64,000 nucleotides of DNA from an uncultured Candidatus Binatia bacterium (GTDB lineage: Bacteria > Desulfobacterota > Binatia > UBA9968 > JAJDTQ01), in contig OZ219754.1 in NCBI GenBank assembly GCA_964291295.2, forward strand, positions 448,001-512,000, given 5' to 3'. Under the pieces are notes generated by a model that searched no databases, was not told the origin of the DNA, and saw only the letters and a program-made list of their open reading frames with translations. Made by a program: the position numbers and the translations under genes. Positions 52,501 through 61,518 of the stretch are shown here, one piece after another; within the stretch, counting starts at the first letter, position 1; each line of letters opens with the position of its first letter.

Positions 52501-54138
52501 CGTGTCGTCGCCGTCATCGCCTTCGAGCGTATCGTCGCCGTCGCCGCCGTCGAGCGTATCGTCGCCGTCGCCGCCATAGATCGTGTCGTCGCCGTGCCCT
52601 GCGCCCCCGTCCTGGCCGTCGCCATGAATCCAGTCGTCGCCGCCGCCGCCATGGATCTCATCGTCGCCGCCGTAGCCATGGATCTCATCGTCGCCGCCGT
52701 AGCCCCAGATATAGTCGTCGCCGGCGCCGCCCGTCAGCGTGTCATCGCCAGCGCCACCGAAAAGGAAATCCCTGTCGTCGCCGCCCGTCAGCGTGTCGTC
52801 GCCGGCGCCGCCGTTGAGGGTGTCGCCCGGATTGTTCGTGGTCTCGACAGTGCCGGGCGGGTCGCCTGCGCTGGCACCGTAAGCGACTTTTTCGCTGCCG
52901 GCGACGGCAGGCAGGATGAAGTCGTCCTCGCCCAAGGAGTCCGCCGACACCCCCGACAGGGTTATCGTATCGTCGCCGTCCCCATAACCGATGACGGTAT
53001 CGTCCCCGTCCTGATCGATACGGAGCGCCGCGAACCCGCCCACCACGCCATCAAGGCGAATCCTGTCGCCCGCCCCGAAATCGGTGATGGTGTCGGCGCC
53101 GTCCCCCACCTCGAACACGAAGGTGTCGGCGCCGCGACCGCCCGTCAGCGTATCGTCGCCGTCGCCCCCGCTCAGCGTATCCGCGCCATTGCCGCCCCTC
53201 AGCGTGTCGGCGCCGCGACCGCCCGTCAGCGTGTCCTTGCCCTTGTGGCCTTTCAGGACGTCGTCGCCGTCGCCCCCGCTCAGCGTGTCCGCGCCATTGC
53301 CGCCCCTCAGCGTGTCGGCACCGCGGCCACCGGCCAGCGTGTCGTTGCCCTCGCGGCCTTTCAGGACGTCGTCGCCGTCGCCCCCGGCCAACGTGTCTGC
53401 GCCATTGCCGCCCGTGAGCACCTTCCCGCCGGCGGACTCGCCGCTCAAGGCGTCGCCGTTGCCTTCCGGCGGAGCACTCTGCGGAGCGGCACCCTGCGGA
53501 GCGGCACCCTGCGGAGCGATGTCCTCCTCACCGCCCTCATGCGAGGCAGTCTCAACCGGAAGGAAGTGGAAGTCCTCCTTGCCGAGCGAGGCCGCCGACA
53601 CCCCCGACAGGGTTATCGTATCATCACCGTCCCCATAACCGATGACGGTATCGTCCCCGTCCTGACGGATATCCAGCCCCTCGAAGCCCCCCGACACCCC
53701 CTCCAGACGAATCCGGTCGCCGGCCCCGAAATCCGCAATCCTGTCGCTGCCGTCTCCCGACCGAAACACGAAGGTATCCGAACCCGCCCCGCCATACAGC
53801 GTGTCATCCCCCGAACCGCCCGTCAGCGTGTCGTCGCCCGAACCGCCATTCAGCGTGTCGTTGCCAGCCCCGCCCTCCAGCACGTCATGGCCCTCTTCGC
53901 CCCAAAGCCAATCGTTGCCGGCCCCGCCCTCTATGAGCGTGTCATCATCACCGCCGCCATACAGCCAGTCGACTCCCTCGCCCCCCGACAGCCTGTCCCC
54001 GCCGTCGCCCCCGTAGAGAATGTCGTCGCCCTTGCCGCCGTCCAGCGTATCGTCGCCACCGCCGCCATCCAGTGTATCGCCGCCCGTACCGCCCTGCAGT
54101 TCATCATTGCCATCGTCGCCGGTTCGCTCAATACCCAT
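49573..54138 (-). CDS. Large RTX-repeat Ca-binding secreted protein (~1520 aa)
   Basis: Dozens of GGxGxDxL nonamers, seven DTITDF-type modules, C-terminal DFDFLG; RBS GGAGGG before MGIERTG. Confidence 0.93.
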   Translation of the reverse strand: MGIERTGDDGNDELQGGTGGDTLDGGGGDDTLDGGKGDDILYGGDGGDRLSGGEGVDWLYGGGDDDTLIEGGAGNDWLWGEEGHDVLEGGAGNDTLNGGSGDDTLTGGSGDDTLYGGAGSDTFVFRSGDGSDRIADFGAGDRIRLEGVSGGFEGLDIRQDGDDTVIGYGDGDDTITLSGVSAASLGKEDFHFLPVETASHEGGEEDIAPQGAAPQGAAPQSAPPEGNGDALSGESAGGKVLTGGNGADTLAGGDGDDVLKGREGNDTLAGGRGADTLRGGNGADTLSGGDGDDVLKGHKGKDTLTGGRGADTLRGGNGADTLSGGDGDDTLTGGRGADTFVFEVGDGADTITDFGAGDRIRLDGVVGGFAALRIDQDGDDTVIGYGDGDDTITLSGVSADSLGEDDFILPAVAGSEKVAYGASAGDPPGTVETTNNPGDTLNGGAGDDTLTGGDDRDFLFGGAGDDTLTGGAGDDYIWGYGGDDEIHGYGGDDEIHGGGGDDWIHGDGQDGGAGHGDDTIYGGDGDDTLDGGDGDDTLEGDDGDDTIYGGDGNDSIGGGGGDDTLDGGDGDDRLWGHVGDDTLTGGKGDDTFNFRAGGGHDTITDFGEGDTIRITGNVQSLVASLRIEQVGGDAVIHYGDGDTITLSGVSADFLVFDENITVSGRSAPPWITPSGDEVDENAPGITREGGKGRDWLLGGDGGDTLVGGEGDDTLQGGRGDDTLTGDAGNDRLDGGFGDDTLVGGEGDDRLRGGRGDDTLTGDAGADTFVFTIVDGADTITDFKSGDRIEIAGVSGGFAGLVIKQDGADAVIRYGDRGDTIRLTGVSADSLGADDFILSSDVPPGVNIHDGDDTLDGGDGEDLLNGGEGDDELNGGGGDDDLRGGRGDDTLNGGDGDDELSGGDGEDTLNGGDGDDELSGGDGEDTLNGGDGDDELSGGDGEDTLDGGDGDDELSGGDGEDTLDGGDGRDNLYGDEGDDTLNGGDGEDSLSGGDGEDTLDGGDGRDNLYGDEGDDTLNGGDGEDSLSGGDGEDTLDGGDGRDDLYGGEGDDTLNGGDGDDDLYGGEGDDTLNGGDNDGSWYERLYGGEGDDTLNGGVGDDHLYGEDGDDTLNGGDDDDTLNGGTGNDTLEGGQGNDIFRFQARDGTDTITDFGAGDKIRFDGVSGASAALVIEQDGTDAVIRYGDGDTIRLSGVSADSLGDDDFLFYSDELNGGDGDDTLNGGFGNDMISGKGGDDTINGGAGDDRLYGGFGDDTLTGGDGDDGLNGGFGDDTLDGGAGGDLLNGDDGDDTLTGGRGVDTFRFSSRGDGHDTITDFGAGDRIEFIGNGGNGLPFGTIEFAALVIEQDGADAVIRYGDGDTITLSGVSAHTLDENDFIFQPNSFRGNSFMGDQGDDTFNGTGADDWFYSYGGDDTLNGGAGNDALEGGQGDDTLEGGRGDDTLLGGRGADRFVFDNESETDHIRDFEDGQDIIVIKGGLKFSDLDIKQSGEDTVIGDPDNTFSIVVEGIQVSQLTEADFDFLG
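51000..51475. repeat. Near-perfect 108 bp and 54 bp tandem repeats within the RTX gene
   Basis: Repeated DNA blocks encoding GGDGEDTLNGGDGDDELS and [27 protein letters not shown]. Confidence 0.8.
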
Positions 54139-54196
54139 CGTAATCCCTCCTATCCAAACGTCCTCCCACCCAAACCACCCAACCACGATCTCACGG

Positions 54197-54223
54197 AGTA
54201 TACCCCCCCCCCCCCCCCGTCAA
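54197..54223 (-). promoter_or_regulatory. Sigma70-type promoter with poly-G spacer (candidate phase-variable)
   Basis: TTGACG-G15-TATACT on the minus strand (16 G in total), ~60 bp upstream of the RTX start. Confidence 0.75.
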
Positions 54224-54399
54224 GTCAAGGTCTTTTTCAATGCAAAGTGAGCCTGATGCAGGGGTGTCGGGGATCATCAGAAGATGATCGTCACACTTCG
54301 AACGGAGGGCCCAAGGACCGTCAGACACGTTCGCGGCCTTCGTCGAAGCGAGCGGGCAGACTCTCATCCGACCGACCCGGAACTTGCCAATTCGTGATG

Positions 54400-54610
54400 C
54401 GGACCCTGGTGCGCCTCGGCATACGGCATCATCGACGACAGCACCGCCAGCGCCCGGTTCGCCGTCCACGCCCGCGCCGGGTGCCGCGCGTCCTCGACCG
54501 TCAGCGCATCAAGTCGTCCGCCGGACGACCGAGCCGTTGCAGCGCCGGTGCATGATCCACGTGCGCCGCCCGTTCGCGCGCACCCGCCGTCCGAGCTCCG
54601 GAGCAGGCCG
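54400..54610 (-). pseudogene. Internally deleted integrase remnant
   Basis: RVRANGRRTWIMHRRCNG..GRLDALTVEDAR (arm-binding domain) fused directly to ANRALAVLSSMM (core-binding domain). Confidence 0.55.
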
Positions 54611-54636
54611 GATCGGGGATCGCTGCCGCAAACTCT

Positions 54637-56514
54637 TCAGGAACGGTGGGCCTCCATGGCCGCGTCGTTGACGAGTTCCTCGGGCAGGTCGTCGAAGGAA
54701 GTGTGATTGAGCGCGTAGAGCCGGGCGTAGAGCCCCTTTCGGGCGGTCAGTTCCTGATGGGTGCCGGTCTCGACGATGCGGCCGTCCTGCAGCACCATGA
54801 TGCGGTCGACGTCGCGAACCGTTGCCAGACGATGGGCGATGACAATGCCGGTGCGGCCTTCAAGGAGCGCGTTGAGACCGATCTGGATCTGCCGCTCGGT
54901 ATACGAATCGATGTTGGCCGTGGCCTCGTCCAGGACCAGCAGCCTGGCATCGGCCACCAGCGCCCGGGCGAAGCTCAGCAACTGGCGCTGTCCCAGGGAC
55001 AGGTTCCCGCCTCCCTGATGCAGGACGGTGTCGTAACCGTCCGGCCAGCGCATGATGAATTCGTGGGCGCCGACGATCCTCGCCGCCCGCTCGACGGCCA
55101 GGTCGCTGGCCCCCGCCGTGCGGAACCGGATGTTGTCGCGAATCGTGCCGGTGAACAGGAACGGCTCCTGCAGCACCATCGCGATGTGCCGGCCCAGGGC
55201 CGCGCGCGTGTAGTCCCGCACGTCGCATCCGTCCAGCAGCACCGCGCCCTCCCACACGTCATGGAAACGGTGCAGCAACGCCGTCGTGCTGGTCTTGCCG
55301 GAGCCGGTGGGCCCCACGAGCGCCACCGTCTCTCCGGGCTCGATGGTGAAGTTGATATCCTTGAGCACCGGCTGGTGCTTCTCGTAACCGAAGGTGACGC
55401 CGCGGAACTCGACCCGGCCGGCAATGTCCTCCGGTGAAATGGCATCGGGCTTTTCCCGTACCGCCAGCGGCACGTCCAGCACCTCGAAGATGCGCTGGCC
55501 GGAGGCCATGGCGCGCTGCATGACGCTGTACTGAATGGTGAGGGACCGGATGGGGTCGAAGAACCGCTGCACGTAGAGCAGAAAGGCCGCCATCACGCCG
55601 AGGTCCAGGGAGCCGTCGAGCACCAGGGCGCCGCCCACCACGATCACCACCGCCAGGGCCACTCCGGTCAGCGTATCGACCATGGGCACCAGGACCTGCG
55701 CATACCGGGCCGACCGCAGATGGGCTTCAAGGTTCTCCGCCGCTTTCTCGCCGTAGAGATCGAAGTTCACCGCCTCCCGCCGCATGCCCTGCACGGTGCG
55801 GACGGCGTGAACGCCTTCGGCCAGAGCGCCGTTGGCGATGGAGTTGGTCTCCCGGGCGCGGCGAAAGGCGGCCCGCGCCCGGGGCAGCCACACCATGCGG
55901 ACGAACCACAGGACCGGCACCACCGACAGCGTCAGCAAGCCGAGTTCGAAGTCCAGCCACAGCAGGATGGCGACGATGCCGAACAGCAGCAGCAGGTCGC
56001 CCAAGGCCGTGATGGAGTTTTCCAGAAACTCCTGGAGCGAATAGACGTCGCCCTGAAGCCGGGACATCATGCGTCCGACTTCGGTCTTGTCCATGAAGGC
56101 CAGGGCCACGTATTGCAGGTGCGCGAACATGGCGCGGCGCAGATCGAAGATGACCTGCTCGCCGATGCGGCCCACCAGCCAGTCCTGGGTGAAGCTGGCC
56201 GCGTAGTTCAGCAGGATCACCGCGAAGAAGACCGCGGCGGCAAGGCCGAGCAGGCCGGTGTCACCCGGAACGATGGCGTCGTCGATGGCGTGGCGGACCA
56301 CCAGGGGAATGGCCAACTGGGCGCCGGTGAAGAGCAGCAGGGCGGCGATGGCGGCATGGAGACGCCGCCGGTAGGGATGGACATAGGCCAGGAAACGGCG
56401 AACGACGCGCCGGTCGAAGGCGGCACCGAACATTTCCTCGTCGCGGCTGATCTGCGAGCCCACGACGGCTTTCGGCGGACGCTTCCGACCACCCCCGGTC
56501 CGGGCCGGGGTCAT
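54637..56514 (-). CDS. ABC exporter, fused permease/ATPase (MsbA/MdlB-like)
   Basis: TM domain; GPTGSGKT, LSLGQRQ, LDEAT, IAHRL. Confidence 0.93.
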   Translation of the reverse strand: MTPARTGGGRKRPPKAVVGSQISRDEEMFGAAFDRRVVRRFLAYVHPYRRRLHAAIAALLLFTGAQLAIPLVVRHAIDDAIVPGDTGLLGLAAAVFFAVILLNYAASFTQDWLVGRIGEQVIFDLRRAMFAHLQYVALAFMDKTEVGRMMSRLQGDVYSLQEFLENSITALGDLLLLFGIVAILLWLDFELGLLTLSVVPVLWFVRMVWLPRARAAFRRARETNSIANGALAEGVHAVRTVQGMRREAVNFDLYGEKAAENLEAHLRSARYAQVLVPMVDTLTGVALAVVIVVGGALVLDGSLDLGVMAAFLLYVQRFFDPIRSLTIQYSVMQRAMASGQRIFEVLDVPLAVREKPDAISPEDIAGRVEFRGVTFGYEKHQPVLKDINFTIEPGETVALVGPTGSGKTSTTALLHRFHDVWEGAVLLDGCDVRDYTRAALGRHIAMVLQEPFLFTGTIRDNIRFRTAGASDLAVERAARIVGAHEFIMRWPDGYDTVLHQGGGNLSLGQRQLLSFARALVADARLLVLDEATANIDSYTERQIQIGLNALLEGRTGIVIAHRLATVRDVDRIMVLQDGRIVETGTHQELTARKGLYARLYALNHTSFDDLPEELVNDAAMEAHRS

Positions 56515-58454
56515 GCCCGGGTTCCCTCCCCGGCTCCGGCGTCGGCGGCACGGTCGACAATGTCCTGAAGCGGGCCGTCAAGGGTCTGGAGCGCGAACAG
56601 CGCGGCGTATCGCCCGCCCAGCGCCACCAGTTCGTCGTGGGTGCCGCGTTCCATGACGCATCCGTCCTCCAGGAAGAGGATCTCGTCGGCGTGGCGCAAC
56701 GCCCCGAGGCGATGGGAAACGATGACGGTAGCGCAACTCCCGGCATCTTCCCTGAGGGCTTGGCGAATGCGCTGTTCGGTGCCCGCGTCGATGGCCGCCA
56801 TCGAATCGTCCAGCACCAGCACGGCCGGCCGCAACATCACGGTGCGGGCGATGGCCACTCGCTGCCTTTGCCCGCCGGACAGCGACACCCCGCGTTCCCC
56901 CACCAGGGTTTCGTACCGGTCCGGCAACTGGTCGATGAATCCGTCGATCCGGGCGGTGGCGGCGGAGTCCCGGACGGCGCCGTCATCGACCCATGGATCG
57001 CCGTAGGCGATATTGTTCTCGAGCGACGACGTGAACAGGAATGTATCCTGCTGGACCACGCGCACGGTCCGGCGCAGGGAATCGAGAGTCACGTCGCGAA
57101 TGTCCTGGCCGTCCAGCGTGATGCGTCCTCGGGTCACGTCGTAGTAGCGCGGGATCAGATGGGCGACGGTGGACTTGCCGCTGCCGGGAGGACCGACGAT
57201 CCCCAGGGTCCGGCCCCGTTCCACACGGAACGAGACCCCGCGCAGCACCGGCCGCGCCCCTTCCCCGGCATAGGCGAAGGAGACGTCCTCGAATTCCAGG
57301 ACGCCGGCGGCGACCTCCAGGGGTCTTGCGCCGTCGCGGTCGCATATGGGCGGCTCCAGGTCCAGCACCGCGAACAGCCGCGCACCGCAGGTGGACGCCC
57401 GGGCGAACGCATTCACCACCATGCCGAGCTGGCGCACGGGCTGCTGGAGGATGGTCATGAAGAAGAGGAACTCGGTCAGCGTGCCCACGGTCATGTGGCC
57501 ATGGATCACGCGCAAACCGCCGGCCCACAGCACCAGGCCCATGGCCGCGAAAAACGCGAAGTTCATGGAGGTGGCGGCGGAAACGCGGGTGCGGATGCGC
57601 CGGGCGGCCAGCGCCAGCGCGTGGTCCGAGGCGGCCTGGTACTTGTCCAGTTCGTGGTTCTCGGCGCCGAACGCCCGCACCACCCGAATGCCGCTGAGGT
57701 TCTCGTCCATGATCCGGCCCAGCACGGCCATGCGCTCCTGCAGGACGACCCACATCTCCCGCAGCCGCAGCCTGGCGGTGGTGGAACGCCACGCGACGAA
57801 CGGCACGAAGCTGAGGCTCAGGATCCCGAGGAACATGTCCGTGGACAGCAGCAGCCAGGCCCCCGCCCCGATCAGCACGGAGAACAGCAGCACCCGCAGC
57901 GGTCCCATGTTCATGAAAGAGCGCACCCCCTCCAGGTCCAGCATCCCCCGGGTGATGAGTTCACCGGTGTGGACACGGTCGTGAAAGGAGAAGTTCAGAT
58001 GCTGCAGCTTGTCGTAGAAGGCCAGCCGGAGCTGGTAGGCGAGATGATGCCCGAGCGTTTCGCCGCAGTAGTTGTGGGTCAGGGTGAACAGGCCGCGCAG
58101 GGCCGAGGCGCCCAGCAGCAGCAACGCGGTTCCGTAGAGGGCCTCCCGCGCCGCCTCGGCGGAAATCGACGTACTGCCCAGCAACCGGACCGCGCCGTCC
58201 ACGGCGTCCCCGAGGTACTGGGGGATCAGCAGCTGAAAGGACCCCGCCGCCAGAATCGCCGCCGCCGCCAGCACCAGCCGCAGCCGCTGTCTCGCGGCGA
58301 GCTTGAAGATTCGCCGCAGGACCGCCGCGTCGTCACCGGCGCCGCGGTCCTTGTCCATGCCGGAATACGTACGCGCGTATACGTACTTTCTGAGGTCGGA
58401 GTCCGATCCGTTGCCGGAAGCCGCGGCATTGGCCGGAATTCGGGATGTTGCCAT
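56511..58454 (-). CDS. ABC exporter, fused permease/ATPase (MdlA-like partner)
   Basis: GPPGSGKST, LSGGQRQR, degenerate LDDS, VSHRL; ATGA overlap with the next gene. Start uncertain. Confidence 0.92.
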   Translation of the reverse strand: MATSRIPANAAASGNGSDSDLRKYVYARTYSGMDKDRGAGDDAAVLRRIFKLAARQRLRLVLAAAAILAAGSFQLLIPQYLGDAVDGAVRLLGSTSISAEAAREALYGTALLLLGASALRGLFTLTHNYCGETLGHHLAYQLRLAFYDKLQHLNFSFHDRVHTGELITRGMLDLEGVRSFMNMGPLRVLLFSVLIGAGAWLLLSTDMFLGILSLSFVPFVAWRSTTARLRLREMWVVLQERMAVLGRIMDENLSGIRVVRAFGAENHELDKYQAASDHALALAARRIRTRVSAATSMNFAFFAAMGLVLWAGGLRVIHGHMTVGTLTEFLFFMTILQQPVRQLGMVVNAFARASTCGARLFAVLDLEPPICDRDGARPLEVAAGVLEFEDVSFAYAGEGARPVLRGVSFRVERGRTLGIVGPPGSGKSTVAHLIPRYYDVTRGRITLDGQDIRDVTLDSLRRTVRVVQQDTFLFTSSLENNIAYGDPWVDDGAVRDSAATARIDGFIDQLPDRYETLVGERGVSLSGGQRQRVAIARTVMLRPAVLVLDDSMAAIDAGTEQRIRQALREDAGSCATVIVSHRLGALRHADEILFLEDGCVMERGTHDELVALGGRYAALFALQTLDGPLQDIVDRAADAGAGEGTRA

Positions 58455-58734
58455 GAGTCCAGGGTTCGGGAAGCGGGCTGCCAGCGGGCCGCATCGGAGT
58501 TTCGACGCAGGGCGTCCGATCAACGCACAAGATAGTTGCCGGGCGCCCTCGGGTCAAATCTCCCGCCGCGCTCATGACCGGGGCCGGCGGCCGGGTCGTC
58601 CTGGCGGCGCCTCCGTGCGACCGGACCCGGCACATGGACAACGAAAGCGGCTCCCCGACGGACCGCTGCGCCTGCCCGCGTCGTCCGCCGCCGAAGCGTG
58701 CGCACGGAGGGGCATGACCGGGGCCGGCGGCCGG

Positions 58735-59550
58735 CTACCCGTACCGGTCCGCCACCATCATCAGCAGCGCCAGAACCATCGCCCCGATGACCACGGTCCG
58801 GAGCCGCCCGGGGCTCATCCGTCCGCACAGCGCCGCGCCGCGGTGCACCCCGGCCAGGGAGCCTGCGGACATGAAGACGGCGGCCGTGAGATCGACGTCG
58901 GTGACGCCCTGACCCCGGCCGATGAAGGCGTAGAGCAACGACATCACCGTCATCAGCAGCAGCGCGATGAAGATGGAGGTGCCGACGTAGCGGGAGGTCT
59001 CCCGGTAGAAGAGCAGCAGCGACGGGATGATCAGGATGCCCCCGCCGATGGAAGTCATCCCCATGACGGCGCCCACCAGAAAGAGGCAGGGAAATTTCAC
59101 CACGGCACGCCTTCCGGAAGAGAGGACCCCTCCCTCCAGGCGATCGTGGCCGCACAGCATCGCCGCCAGAGCGAGGCCGATGGACGCCATCACCACCCAG
59201 CCCACCACGTCCTGAAGCATCGCGACGCCTGCGGGGGAGAGGGAAATCCGGCTCCACTTCACCGCCAGGGAGCCGACAATGACTCCGGGCGCCGCCGCCA
59301 GAAAGAAACGGACGCCGACGTCGCGGTTGACGGTGCCCTGTCGGTAATGCCGCACGGCCGCCCATATCTTGGTGAGCACGCCGTAGAGGCCGGCGGTCCC
59401 CACCGCCGCGATGGGCTCAAGCTTGATCACGAGCAGGAGGAACGGCACCGTCAGCACGCCGCCGCCGATGCCGGTAAGGCCGATGAGAAAACCCAGCAGC
59501 GCACCGGACAGGAGATAGAGGAGAATGTCGGGCGGGATGATGTCGGGCAT
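58735..59550 (-). CDS. TauE/SafE family sulfite exporter
   Basis: GLTGIGGG, AAVGT, GMTSIGGG, VGTS. Confidence 0.88.
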   Translation of the reverse strand: MPDIIPPDILLYLLSGALLGFLIGLTGIGGGVLTVPFLLLVIKLEPIAAVGTAGLYGVLTKIWAAVRHYRQGTVNRDVGVRFFLAAAPGVIVGSLAVKWSRISLSPAGVAMLQDVVGWVVMASIGLALAAMLCGHDRLEGGVLSSGRRAVVKFPCLFLVGAVMGMTSIGGGILIIPSLLLFYRETSRYVGTSIFIALLLMTVMSLLYAFIGRGQGVTDVDLTAAVFMSAGSLAGVHRGAALCGRMSPGRLRTVVIGAMVLALLMMVADRYG

Positions 59551-59894
59551 GGTGGTTCCTGCGGACCGCCTCGGCGGAACCTGCCGGCAAAAATTCGGAA
59601 CCTGCGCGCAGGAACCGGGAACCTGCTGGCAAGCGTTGCAGGAGCTGTCTCGGGGGGACCGGGAACGGGGGCGAAGGCCGTATTGCCGTCTTATGGCATT
59701 CCTGGCCGGCGCTGTCCAGCACGCGCGCGCCGCGGATGCGTGGGGATGTGACGGTAAAACTCCGAACGGAGTCGAGATTGGGCGAAGTTGCCCCGCACAG
59801 CGCCACCGCCTGAAACGCCGACGTCACAAGGGATGGGAGCCGCCGCGGCGATTGACAGACGGCAGCCTGCGGAGAGCGGGGTCCGTCACCCCGG

Positions 59895-59969
59895 TTCACA
59901 CGATATTTCACATATGGAACCTATCGGGCAGCTTTCAAGGGGTTTCGCTTCACACTATACCTCACATAT
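59895..59969 (+). promoter_or_regulatory. Pair of 21 bp direct repeats upstream of the TIGR04255 operon
   Basis: TTCACACGATATTTCACATAT (59895) and TTCACACTATACCTCACATAT (59949). Confidence 0.55.
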
Positions 59970-59998
59970 AAGGGGCAGAAGGCAAGGAGATCCATGAC

Positions 59999-60817
59999 AT
60001 GAACGCACTGCGACCCTTGAGCCCCACGCCAACGCCAGAGGTGCCTCTGCCACAGGCGCCCTTGGTGCGCGTCATCGCTCAGGCGCGCTTCCCGCCAATC
60101 CTGACGATCCGCAACCCTGACAAGGCCGCGGTATTCCAAGAGGCGCTCCGAGACACATATCCGAATCTCAGTCAGGACCAGGTTCACAGCATCGAGCTGG
60201 GCGGCGGACAAACCCCGAATATCAGCCAGGGTCTCATCTGGCGTCTCGCCGATCGGGAAAGAAACCCTGACTGGCGGGTGTCGCTGGGCGTGGACTTCGC
60301 GGCGCTCGAAACGTCCTCCTACGACAGCCGGGACAATTTTCTCGACCGTCTGCGGGCGGTCCTCTCGGCACTTGAGGATGGGTTCAAGCCCGCGTCGACC
60401 AGCCGCCTTGGATTACGTTATATCGACCGGCTTACCGGCGAGGCCGTTGACCGCATCGCAGAGCTGGTCGACCCCGACGTTCTGGGCATAATCCGGCCTC
60501 CGGGAAATCCGCACCCCGCGCTGGGAGAATCCGTCATCCACTTGATGACCGAGGCGCAATTCCTGGCCCACGATGGTGCGCGGGTCCAAGGGCGTTGGGG
60601 GCAGCTGCCCCCAAACGCGACCTATGACCCGGACGCCCTCGAACCGGTTGGCGATAGAAGCTGGATCCTGGATCTCGATATGTTTACGACGGAATCGCAA
60701 CCGTTTATGAGCGAAAAATTGCTGACAACCGCGACAGGCTTTGCCAAATGTCTGTATTGGCTCTTTCGCCAAATGGTCACGGAAGAGTTCTTGAGGTACT
60801 ATGGAGGTAACCCATGA
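59999..60817 (+). CDS. TIGR04255 family protein
   Basis: APLVRVIAQARFP, LETSSYDSRDNF, RLGLRYIDR, WILDLD; RBS AAGGAG. Confidence 0.8.
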   Translation: MNALRPLSPTPTPEVPLPQAPLVRVIAQARFPPILTIRNPDKAAVFQEALRDTYPNLSQDQVHSIELGGGQTPNISQGLIWRLADRERNPDWRVSLGVDFAALETSSYDSRDNFLDRLRAVLSALEDGFKPASTSRLGLRYIDRLTGEAVDRIAELVDPDVLGIIRPPGNPHPALGESVIHLMTEAQFLAHDGARVQGRWGQLPPNATYDPDALEPVGDRSWILDLDMFTTESQPFMSEKLLTTATGFAKCLYWLFRQMVTEEFLRYYGGNP

Positions 60818-61512
60818 CCGTGACCGCGCTGCGCGATACACGGGAGGCAAGCACTTCCGCGGTGGGCTCCCTATATCGCGTTGCCTTGGAGGCCGCTCCA
60901 GCGGTGTTGCTGCTGGCTACCGCCCTTCCAGGACCGGCAACAGCCAATACCTATGTCCAAGGTTCAAGGGCGATGTGGGCGACGATCGCACCTTGCGCCG
61001 AACGTACCGCCACCGGCCCGATTGGGCAGATCGGTCATATGAGTGCAGAGTCCGCAGCTGAGGCGATCATGGAAATCCGTCGCCGCTCCGGGCTGACGTG
61101 GGAGGAGTTGGGCGACTTGTTCGAGGTCTCGCGTCGAAGCGTCCATCATTGGGCAAGCGGCAAACCAGCCTCCGCGAAGCATGATCGAATGATTGGAAGA
61201 ATGCTGGGGGCGGTACGGCATCTCGATCGAGGCGACCGGGAGCTTACCCGTGCCCTTCTCTTGAGTGTCGACGAAAGCACGGGCGTTTCCATCTTCGACC
61301 TGTTGAGGGGCGGCCGGTTCCACGAAGCCATCGGGCGCGTCAAGGGCGTTCCGGCACGGGAACGTCGGAGTATCCTCCTCTCCAGCACTGCCTGGGAGGC
61401 GCGCTGGCCGCAGGCGCCGGTACTTCTTCTGGAGGCTGAACAGGATCGGCCCGACATTTCGGCAAAAGCTCGAGCCGTCCGCCCCAAGCAAACACCCAAG
61501 AGAACGGGCTAA
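60814..61512 (+). CDS. XRE-type HTH protein
   Basis: IRRRSGLTWEELGDLFEVSRRSVHHWASG; ATGA overlap with the upstream gene. Confidence 0.8.
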   Translation: MTVTALRDTREASTSAVGSLYRVALEAAPAVLLLATALPGPATANTYVQGSRAMWATIAPCAERTATGPIGQIGHMSAESAAEAIMEIRRRSGLTWEELGDLFEVSRRSVHHWASGKPASAKHDRMIGRMLGAVRHLDRGDRELTRALLLSVDESTGVSIFDLLRGGRFHEAIGRVKGVPARERRSILLSSTAWEARWPQAPVLLLEAEQDRPDISAKARAVRPKQTPKRTG

Positions 61513-61518
61513 CGCTTC

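Noticed and set aside
54637-58454. Type I secretion ABC transporter for the adjacent RTX protein
   Set aside because: It looks like a heterodimeric MdlAB-type exporter, and no HlyD adaptor or TolC gene lies nearby.
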